This document shows, one piece after another, positions 8,805-16,626 of a stretch of 64,000 bases of DNA. The stretch lies in NCBI GenBank assembly GCA_963664815.2, contig CAXXHB010000003.1:3200001-3264000 (forward strand). The letters run 5' to 3'. This stretch comes from Spirochaetota bacterium (lineage in GTDB: Bacteria > Spirochaetota > UBA4802 > UBA5550). A model generated the notes under the pieces. It worked only from the letters and a program-made list of their open reading frames with translations, was not told where the DNA came from and searched no databases. Within the stretch, counting starts at the first letter, position 1; each line of letters begins with the position of its first letter. The position numbers were made by a program, and so were the translations under genes.

Positions 8805-9190
8805 GTCTGGCAGGTCGGGGAGTTTGCACCCACTTTCCCCCATAAGAACCGTACGTGAAAGTTTTACCACAGGCACTTCCTCCGGTCGCCCTTCATACGG
8901 CTCAAGCCGTCTAAAGCTGATTATACAACCAGCCGCTGTTATCTGTTTGTATTCCCATTTTTCTATAGTAGAAATAATCAGAATCTTCTTTTAAAAATGG
9001 GTTCCTGTCAAGACTTATCATTCTGTGTCGTACAATTTTAATGTGTCCCGCAGTAATGAGAATCTCCTCATCAGAGCAGAAAGTTTAAGTACTGGTTTTT
9101 AAGTCATAAAGAATTTTTCATCGGGTGTCTGAATCTGCCCCATATCCATAGAGCCTGAAAAAGAACAGTATCGAGTTTTAAAGGCTACCT
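8805..9190 (-). mobile_element. Group II intron 3' remnant (degraded maturase domain X, DV, DVI), copy 2
   Basis: Frameshifted LDTVLFQALWIWA.FRHPMKN...GHIKIVRHRMISLDRNPFLKEDSDYF; DV at 8903-8846; ends ...CCTGCCAGAC; no endonuclease domain. Confidence 0.85.
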
Positions 9191-9772
9191 TTGACATTCA
9201 TGAAAATGCTTTTATTCCACCTCGGCAAAGAACTTAAAAACGGTTCTTTAAAGACACCTGACGGCATTGAAAATATTGCAAAGCTTTTTAATCAGCTTGC
9301 GCATATTCCATGGGTTGTAAACTCCCAGCCTCCCGGCAAAGGTAAAAAGAAACCGGTAAACATAGTCCGCTATCTTTCGAGATACGTTGCTAAAAGTGCA
9401 GTCAGTGATAAACGGATACAGAAAGCGGAGAATGGAAATGTTTACATCCGCTATTACAATAGAAAAAGGAAGCAAAGTAAAATTGAGGTTGTTACAGAGA
9501 TTCAATTCATGAAACGTCTGGCACTGCATATTCTTCCTAAAGGATTTAAAAAAGTCCGGTTCTTCGGTTTTATGGCAAACCATAACAGGGCAAACAATCT
9601 TGCCCTTTGCCGGATGTTTCTTGGTCAGCCTCTGGCAGAACAGTATGAGCAGAGCAAAGAGCTTCCTGATGATACGGCTTTCCTGTTCTGGAAATATTTC
9701 AGGATTGATATAACTCTCTGCAGGGAGTGCGGAAGAGGACACATTCATTATATCCATGGCCTGTCGACTTAA
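9191..9772 (+). pseudogene. IS91-family (Y2) transposase, N-terminally truncated (element A, copy 2)
   Basis: PWVVNSQPP, YLSRY (YxxxY), HILPKGFKKVRFFGF and C-terminal CRECG; HUH and N-terminal zinc domain absent. Confidence 0.85.
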
Positions 9773-10007
9773 GGTTAGCTGTTATAAAGAGTATATCCGC
9801 ACAGATTTAAAAAACTGTTTCATAGAGAGGATAAGTATGCCCGGAGCTTTTGAGATTTTGCATAAAATCGCCATTCACAGTCTATCAGATAACTGTAGAA
9901 ATAATTATTTTACGGGATTATTATTTTTTCCGGTAAAATCACCGGATTTTTATTGTATGTTATTTCAAAGATCGGGAGAAAACGGTATTCAAATTCCTAT
10001 ATATACT
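9773..10007 (+). mobile_element. IS91 element A 3' non-coding end with oriIS-like motif
   Basis: GGTATTCAAATTCCTATA at 9984-10001, followed by GTTC at 10008. Confidence 0.75.
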
Positions 10008-10026
10008 GTTCGATCCCAGTGGTTTC

Positions 10027-10151
10027 GTCCAACAGAGTCTTAACATAGTTGTTGTCTGAAGATTAAAATTATCTGTTTAATGTTTTTATACCGCTAATAA
10101 AGATAAGCGGTTTTTTTGAGGCAACTACGTTAAGACTTCTATAAGTTGTGC
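10027..10151 (+). other. attC-like site linked to IS91 element A (copy 2)
   Basis: Same as 4102-4226 up to the G|TT, then diverges (GTTGTGC versus GTTAAAT). Confidence 0.7.
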
Positions 10152-10172
10152 GAAGAACACGAATTAATACTA

Positions 10173-11015
10173 TTAGTGTTCAATTAATAAAAAATTCATA
10201 ATTGGAAGTATTTCACCAAATAAATCACCATTTTCTAAAGTAAGAAATCTATTTTCTATATCCGTTGATTTTAAATGTTCAATTATTTTAAATTGATTTT
10301 CGAGAACAAATTTTTCTATTTCTCCCATCTTAATTCCGAATTTAATTACTTCATCTTTCAAACCTATATCTATAAGGTCTTCACCATTTAATATTGTTTG
10401 GAAATCAAAACCCAATTTACTTCCAGTCCCAGAATTCTGCCTTATTTTTTCCAGCATTGAAATTACAGTTTTGCCTGATAAATAAAACGTAACACCTTCA
10501 CATATAAACAAGGTTTCTTTGTGTGTATCATAGCCATATTTTTGAAGTAAAAACATGAAATTATCTGTTTCAAAATTAACAGAAACATATGAAATATTTC
10601 TATGAATGTTTATATTATTATTGTTTAAAACTTCAAGTTTATATTCCTGTGTTGGTTTTGAGTCCACTTCAAAAATCTTTGTATCTCTTATTGAATTACT
10701 AAATCTATATGACCGACTATCATAACCAGCTCCCAGAAAGACTATTTGATCGATATTATTTGTTAACTCATTTATGAATAATTCATCAAAATACTTTGTC
10801 CTTGATATCACATATTCATACAATCCTTTGGGTAAAACTTTTTTTAAACCTTCTCTTGAATCAATATAAGCAAGAATTTTTTTTTGATCATCTGTTAAAA
10901 ACAATTCGGCCAAAGTATCATTGGTTTTAATTTTTTCAATTTTTTCGTAATTTGAAAGAGCACGTAATGATAGTGTAGCAAATGCAGTTTCCGATTTTTT
11001 GTTATCAATACCCAT
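10173..11015 (-). CDS. SAM-dependent methyltransferase, leucine carboxyl methyltransferase-like
   Basis: SRTKYFD, QIVFLGAGYDSR, FEVD, EGVTFYL motifs; likely start MGIDNKK at 11015 (ORF track extends to 11066). Confidence 0.85.
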   Translation of the reverse strand: MGIDNKKSETAFATLSLRALSNYEKIEKIKTNDTLAELFLTDDQKKILAYIDSREGLKKVLPKGLYEYVISRTKYFDELFINELTNNIDQIVFLGAGYDSRSYRFSNSIRDTKIFEVDSKPTQEYKLEVLNNNNINIHRNISYVSVNFETDNFMFLLQKYGYDTHKETLFICEGVTFYLSGKTVISMLEKIRQNSGTGSKLGFDFQTILNGEDLIDIGLKDEVIKFGIKMGEIEKFVLENQFKIIEHLKSTDIENRFLTLENGDLFGEILPIMNFLLIEH

Positions 11016-11044
11016 AAAATGATCTCCTAGTTTTAAAGTGATTG

Positions 11045-11680
11045 TTAATTCTTCATTAAATCGCAAAAAAAACTTAAAGTTTTTATCATATACTTCACTG
11101 TTGATTCATTATCAATTAATCCATTTTGAGATATGAAATATTCTTGAGTGAGGGCAATAGAAACATAATTATATTGTTCGGCAAATAATTGTGCATCGAT
11201 AGGCTTAACCATTTTTCGTATAATCATTTTTTCGATTAGGTTTTTGTAGTAGTTTACTGGTTCGCTTACCATGTATTTATGATATGTTTCTGCTGCTAAT
11301 GAATTTCTAAATTTCTCATAATGTATAAACATTGCAACATCCTGAAGCATTTTGCTTATTTGACTGCCAACTTGAAAAACTATAAATTTGAATATTTCTT
11401 CAGGTAACATAATTTCTAGCATTCTATCAAGCTCTACATCAGAAGGTCTTGATTTATAAGTTTCTTCTGCAAAAAACTTGAATAAAGAATCCCTGATGTC
11501 TGCTTTATTCTTAAAATGATTATATAAAGAGCTCTCTTTTATATCTAGAAGACTAGCAATTTCCCTTAGAGAAACACTATCATATCCCTTATTTGCGAAT
11601 AAGTTTGCAGATACCTCAAGTATCTTATTTCGCGTATCTATCCCAGTTTTGCGCTTTTTTTTATTATTTTCTGATTGCAT
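11045..11680 (-). CDS. TetR/AcrR family transcriptional regulator
   Basis: N-terminal LFANKGYDSVSLREIA...SSLYNHFKNK HTH. Confidence 0.9.
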   Translation of the reverse strand: MQSENNKKKRKTGIDTRNKILEVSANLFANKGYDSVSLREIASLLDIKESSLYNHFKNKADIRDSLFKFFAEETYKSRPSDVELDRMLEIMLPEEIFKFIVFQVGSQISKMLQDVAMFIHYEKFRNSLAAETYHKYMVSEPVNYYKNLIEKMIIRKMVKPIDAQLFAEQYNYVSIALTQEYFISQNGLIDNESTVKYMIKTLSFFCDLMKN

Positions 11681-11813
11681 ATATCCATTAAACTATCAAA
11701 TGATAGTTTTATCAATAATTATACTAATAATTGATAGCTCAAAAGAATAAAAAAGATATTATTATGAAAGAAGAATGGTTTTAATATAGGAAAAAAATAA
11801 ATTTGTGCTTTTC

Positions 11814-11872
11814 GCATAACTGATTACTGTAAGCAATTCCTGATTATACATGAATTTTACAGCAAGTTGAGA
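11814..11872 (-). other. attC/attI-like site at the array boundary
   Basis: Minus strand TCTCAAC-ttg-CTGTAA-AATTC...GAATT-gc-TTACAG-taatca-GTTATGC; GTTATGCGAAAAGCAC mirrors the cassette's other end GTTGTGCGAAGAACAC (10145). Confidence 0.55.
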
Positions 11873-12126
11873 ATTGTCAGACGGGGCTATATGAATTTCA
11901 TTTTTATTCATTACTTAACTTACTCATCATTGCAACCGGCTATTAATACATATCAGGATTGTCTATATTTCAATACTTCTTTAGTATTCAAATAAATATT
12001 ATATATTTTATACAAAATCAGTAATCACGTTATTAAGCTGGCTGCCGTGCAATGAAGGAATATGAAAAAAATGTTACAAGCACAAATCATGCCGAAACTG
12101 CTGCATTTGGGCCTGGTTTATACCCC

Positions 12127-12181
12127 TTCTACCTCAATGTATCCGCTATCTGTTCGCCATGTATTCGCCATCTATCCGGCG
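12127..12181. repeat. Degenerate 11-bp tandem repeat
   Basis: TGTATCCGCTA TCTGTTCGCCA TGTATTCGCCA TCTATCCGGCG. Confidence 0.55.
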
Positions 12182-12320
12182 AACTAACTTCAGAATTTTT
12201 TTTGCTTTTCCCGGAAATTTTTTAAATTCTTCTGTTTCAGACGTATTAATGTTATGTAAGGATGCCGGGGGGAGCATTATAACGCGCTATCGATAATCCA
12301 CATCAGTCCCATTACCGCTC

Positions 12321-12717
12321 CTCCCGGTTTCCTTAACTACACCGCTCCCCGGGTGTTTTTAAGTGAAACGAGAAATGTCCCGAGGGGATCACTACCGGAA
12401 AACTGTTTTCTTAAAACATATTAATAATATCAATCTTTGAACACGATTACAGGATTTAAGGATTAACGGGATTTTCTGCAGAGTGAACAGACATCAGGAC
12501 AGGTGCTCCCTGCATATCTCTTTGATACTGTTCGTAATGAAATATTATCAATATGCCCGTGTCAGCTATGAAACCGCATCTTCAAGTTTCTTAAACCACA
12601 CCGTTCCCCGAGTGTTTTTAGTGAAACTGGAAATGTATCGAGGGGATCACTACAGGATCTCCCGGTTTCCTTAACCTCACCGCTCCCCGGGTATTTTTTA
12701 AGTAAAACCGTAAATGC
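12321..12717. repeat. Three copies of a ~78-bp repeat (12321-12399, ~12581-12657, 12659-12717 partial)
   Basis: Core CCTTAAC..CACCGCTCCCCGGGTGTTTTTAAGTGAAAC..GAAATGT..CGAGGGGATCACTAC.GGA. Confidence 0.75.
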
Positions 12718-12721
12718 TTTA

Positions 12722-12760
12722 TCCTCCCCTCGCCATTTAGAGAGGGCCGGGGGTGAGGTC
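12722..12760. repeat. REP-like GC-rich palindromic element
   Basis: TCCTCCCCTCGCC...GAGAGGGCCGGGGGTGAGG resembles widespread CCCTCTCC...GGAGAGGG..GGGGTGAGG intergenic repeats. Confidence 0.45.
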
Positions 12761-12889
12761 TGCATCGTGCATCATCTGGTTCAGATTCAAATTCACTGCA
12801 GATTTATGACAAAATTCCGACTCTGTTTACAGAGTATTCAGTTTCGCCTACATTTCGCTTCAATTACGCCTCAAACACGCTACTGACAG

Positions 12890-13429
12890 TTAAAAACGCG
12901 CGTTTTTCTCTGTCAGTAACGGAGTTGAAACGGTATTGAAACGGTTTTTAACAGGGTCTACATACTGCTTAAGTCCTGTTTTAACAGCTTCACCTCTGTC
13001 TTTTGCTGCATTAATATTATTCTCCCCATCTGCTGATCTGCTGTTTTCTGAACAGTAACAGGTATATTCTGCAACTTCTCCGGAAGCAGATACAACCACC
13101 GCATCCCCTGTTCCGCCGTTTCCCGATGGAGTAACAGGTGAACCGGGTGCAATGCCGCGAAGGTATTCAGACATAAAAAGGTTATACCCTGACTTTCTCT
13201 TCCTCTTTGCCCTGTTTCTGTAGAGAGCCTTCTCCTCTTCCGGAAGAACCTGCCAGGCCTTAACACCGCCGCCGAAATTACCCCTGCACTTCACCTGCGG
13301 TTCAGTTCGCGGATTAGCAGGAATTGTACGTGCTTTAATGTAGATTTTACCATAGCGTCTGTAAAACACAAGATCGCCCATACCTCCATGCGCAGTTCTT
13401 AAATAAGGATGAAGCTTTACTTTTGCCAT
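12890..13429 (-). CDS. Hypothetical basic protein (G.LVFY...NPRT..Q...R type), possibly DNA-binding
   Basis: AGGAG RBS; basic ~90-aa N-terminal domain and low-complexity tail. Confidence 0.7.
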   Translation of the reverse strand: MAKVKLHPYLRTAHGGMGDLVFYRRYGKIYIKARTIPANPRTEPQVKCRGNFGGGVKAWQVLPEEEKALYRNRAKRKRKSGYNLFMSEYLRGIAPGSPVTPSGNGGTGDAVVVSASGEVAEYTCYCSENSRSADGENNINAAKDRGEAVKTGLKQYVDPVKNRFNTVSTPLLTEKNARF

Positions 13430-13707
13430 AGATATACACTCCTTTATTGCTGTTATATTTTATCGTTATTTATATAGAAACTTATGTCTCTAATAACCAG
13501 TGCGGAAAAGCAAATGACATGGGGCAAGCATAATTTTTAAAAAAGTTACCAGATTGGATTACGGACATGTTGCTTTGCCACCTCCGGGGGTGCGGGGGCT
13601 GAGCGGTTACGGCTGCTGAATGTATATTTTACAAGCAATGTGTACTCAATGAGTAATGGCTATACACCCACTTTAACAAAGCTGGTGTATAAAATAATTC
13701 GCTGCAC

Positions 13708-14961
13708 TCAGATATACTGCCGGTAAAAATTTAAGTGCTTTTCAATATAATGGTAAACAAGATTTATCCGTTCAATGTTGTCTTCAGAATAACTTCCAAA
13801 AGTAGTGATTGTTACTGCGTCATCAAATGTTGAAAATGTGAATTGTATGGAACTGTTTCTTTTTAATGATGCAACAAAGAAGGCATTGGTTATTTTTGAC
13901 CCGTCAAATTGAAAATCTTTTTTATCCAGTACCCCTATATTCGTTGCCGAGATGACAGGTTTCATTATTTTCTTTTTTATTAACCGGAAGAAAAGCCGTC
14001 TTGGCAGCAGGCTTCTGAAAAATCTGAGACTTAATAAGTTTCTGTACCCGGGCATGTTTAATTTTATTTTCTTCAGTTCCGAATGGATACTCAGTAATAA
14101 TTCTTCTTTATTCCTGTTGTTACAGAATATTGAGACTTTTTCCATTGATGAAGCATTGATATATGGATAGAGAAAGCGATTATGGTCATATCTCCTGGCA
14201 TCAATCATCATTGATATATCCGATACCTTATTCAGTTTAAAGAGTCCGGAATCAATTAATGCAAGGACGAAAGCAGTCATCATATAATCATTAACGGTAA
14301 CTCCCTTTGACCTGCAATATCTCTGAATCTCAGAATAACCGGTTTTATCTGTTTTTGTTGTAAAAAACACTGAACCATATTTCGATGGTCTGTTCTCTGA
14401 TTTTTTGCCGGGTGTCAGAAATCTGTTCACTGTCTCTGAATTTCTTCTTTTCTTCCCTGCGGGCTTTAATATTGTGAATATATCCCGCTCTGCCGATACT
14501 TCTTTTTTATTGATTGTAACTCCGTTATATATTCCGGACAAAAGGGTTAAATAGTTTTTGAATCCTGTGCCGTCAAAAACCATATGATTTACTGTTATAA
14601 CAAGAACATCATTCTTTTGAGATCGTAAAACAGTAACATTCAGCTGAGGGGCGGTATACTGATCCACATGTTTCTCAAGTGTTTCTTTCAGCAGTGAAAA
14701 AGAAAAATCACCTTCAATTATATTAAAATAGTTTTTTTCAAAATCGCAGGAATCACTCCCCTCCCACAGTAAATCCGTTCCATTTACAATCAGCCTGCTG
14801 GCAAGAACCGGCACATATTTAAAACTCTCCCTGATTGCGTATTGTAATCTGCCGCTGTCTATTCTTTCATTAAACTCAATCACAACGCGGATTTGATGGT
14901 CATTTGCCACTTCCTGCAGATATAGATATTCATCTAATATTTCAACATTATATGCACTCAT
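13708..14961 (-). CDS. Condensation-domain / CoA-dependent acyltransferase family protein
   Basis: NHMVFDGTG (HHxxxDG-like) and TVND motifs; likely start MSAYNVE (ORF track extends to 15012). Confidence 0.7.
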   Translation of the reverse strand: MSAYNVEILDEYLYLQEVANDHQIRVVIEFNERIDSGRLQYAIRESFKYVPVLASRLIVNGTDLLWEGSDSCDFEKNYFNIIEGDFSFSLLKETLEKHVDQYTAPQLNVTVLRSQKNDVLVITVNHMVFDGTGFKNYLTLLSGIYNGVTINKKEVSAERDIFTILKPAGKKRRNSETVNRFLTPGKKSENRPSKYGSVFFTTKTDKTGYSEIQRYCRSKGVTVNDYMMTAFVLALIDSGLFKLNKVSDISMMIDARRYDHNRFLYPYINASSMEKVSIFCNNRNKEELLLSIHSELKKIKLNMPGYRNLLSLRFFRSLLPRRLFFRLIKKKIMKPVISATNIGVLDKKDFQFDGSKITNAFFVASLKRNSSIQFTFSTFDDAVTITTFGSYSEDNIERINLVYHYIEKHLNFYRQYI

Positions 14962-15277
14962 GATATAACTCTTTACGCCCGTTTGTATGATTAAACACAT
15001 TAATTGCAACATTAAAAAAGCTTTATATTAAGGGGGGACAGCCATATTAAAAGCTCTTTCTTTTCTTTAAAATCTGCAGGTACACCTATGTTAACAGTCA
15101 GATGTATTAATGTAGTTACCCGGCGGAAAAATAATATACAACTATAATATAGTTGAAAATAATGTAACAGATTATTATTAGTGTCAACAAATGGTTTTTC
15201 ATATTTCTGCATAATCTTCAGGGTTTTGCAGCATAGTATTGAATATGACAATCAATATCTCAAAAAGGACTTAAAAA

Positions 15278-16342
15278 ATGTACAACAACATTGAAATATA
15301 TGCCGGCGATAAAGCAGCAGAGATAATCCGCAGCAGGGGGCTGAAAGAGAACGACATAAAGGCCATTGTCGGAGCTTCCGGAGGACCCAAGTTTCTTGTA
15401 CTTGCAGGATTCGACAAGGTTTTACTTGACTCATGGTTTAAGAAGAGGAAGGAACCGCTTTACTTTATCGGCTCATCCATCGGCGCATGGAGAGGGGCTG
15501 CGTTTTCAACCGGCACCCCGGCTAAGTCTCTTGAAAAGCTTACACAATCCTACCTTAAACAGCAGTATTCGGAAAAGCCCTCGGCAAAGGATGTAACCGA
15601 TGAGAGCATGAAGATAATAAACGGCTTCCTCAGTGATGAGGATATAAACTACATAATAAACAGATCGGTTGTGAACCTCAACATTATTTCAGCACAATGC
15701 AGGGGATTGTCCTCCAGCGACAACAGCGCGGCACTTGCGCTTTCACTTTTACCATCTGCCATCTTAAATATTGCAAGCAGGGAACTTCTTCTGAAAATCT
15801 TTCACCGGACGCTTTTTAATGACGGAAGAAATACCCCCCCTTTCAGCGGCATATTTAAAAAAAAGAATATTGTAAAACTTACATCAGAAAATTTCAAACA
15901 GGCGCTCCTCTCCTCCGGGTCCATACCTTTTGTAATGCAGGGGATTAAAAATATACCGGGAGCGCCGGCAGGCACCTACAGGGATGGCGGGCTTACCGAT
16001 TACCACATTAATATAGATTTCGGCATTGAAGATGGAATTGTTCTGTTTCCCCACTTCAGCAGCAAGGTCACTCCGGGCTGGCTTGACAAAACAGTTCCAT
16101 GGAGAAGAGCCGACAAAAGCCTTTTCTCAAATACAGTACTTGTCGCCCCGTCAAAAAGTTTCATAGACAGCCTCCCAATGGGCAAAATTCCGGACAGGAA
16201 AGATTTTAATACATTCGTCGGCAGGGATAACGAAAGGCTCACATACTGGAACGAGGTTATTAAAAGAAGTTCGATTATCGGAGAGGAGTTTATGGAGGCT
16301 GTTTCAGGCGGAAAAATTAAAGATGTTATTAGAAGTTTTTAA
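15278..16342 (+). CDS. Patatin-like phospholipase family protein
   Basis: GASGG, GSSIG (GxSxG), SGSIP and DGG motifs. Confidence 0.8.
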   Translation: MYNNIEIYAGDKAAEIIRSRGLKENDIKAIVGASGGPKFLVLAGFDKVLLDSWFKKRKEPLYFIGSSIGAWRGAAFSTGTPAKSLEKLTQSYLKQQYSEKPSAKDVTDESMKIINGFLSDEDINYIINRSVVNLNIISAQCRGLSSSDNSAALALSLLPSAILNIASRELLLKIFHRTLFNDGRNTPPFSGIFKKKNIVKLTSENFKQALLSSGSIPFVMQGIKNIPGAPAGTYRDGGLTDYHINIDFGIEDGIVLFPHFSSKVTPGWLDKTVPWRRADKSLFSNTVLVAPSKSFIDSLPMGKIPDRKDFNTFVGRDNERLTYWNEVIKRSSIIGEEFMEAVSGGKIKDVIRSF

Positions 16343-16369
16343 ACCGGGGTGTTGTTAATCACCCCGGTT
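16342..16369. terminator. Hairpin / probable terminator between convergent genes
   Basis: AACCGGGGTG-ttgttaat-CACCCCGGTT. Confidence 0.55.
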
Positions 16370-16439
16370 CATGTTTATATTTTTCTGAATAACTGTTCAT
16401 GGTTTCATATTATAGTATTTCACGAAACGATTAGCACTA

Positions 16440-16522
16440 TGTCATTCCGGCCGTAGTGATAACGAAGTGCCGGAATCTCATAATACTTGTTCTATGGGAT
16501 TCCCGCCTTCGCGGGAATGACA
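16440..16522. repeat. dRS3/RPE-like palindromic repeat
   Basis: TGTCATTCCGG...CCGGAATC...GATTCCCGCCTTCGCGGGAATGACA; contains ATTCCC-N8-GGGAAT at 16499-16518. Confidence 0.65.
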
Positions 16523-16626
16523 ATGAGTATACTGATTCAATTGTTAACAGCTATAGTTACCTGATTCAGGTAAATTTTACTGCTGAACAGATGAATCTGT
16601 TTTTTAAAACATGTTTTCTGACGACT

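Noticed and set aside
8985-9190. RT remnant as the DGR reverse transcriptase for 7124..7696
   Set aside because: It is a group II intron maturase domain X contiguous with DV/DVI; no AAC-rich template repeat was seen in the window.
9756-10043. 95-aa ORF after the IS91 transposase
   Set aside because: Spans the IS end and oriIS; the other copy has an in-frame stop (GGATAA at ~4050).
1281-10151. Repeated blocks as a CRISPR array
   Set aside because: The repeats are long, irregularly spaced mobile-element remnants; there are no constant-length spacers and no cas genes.
11873-13700. Integron integrase next to the array
   Set aside because: No ORF with tyrosine-recombinase R-H-R-Y motifs is present.
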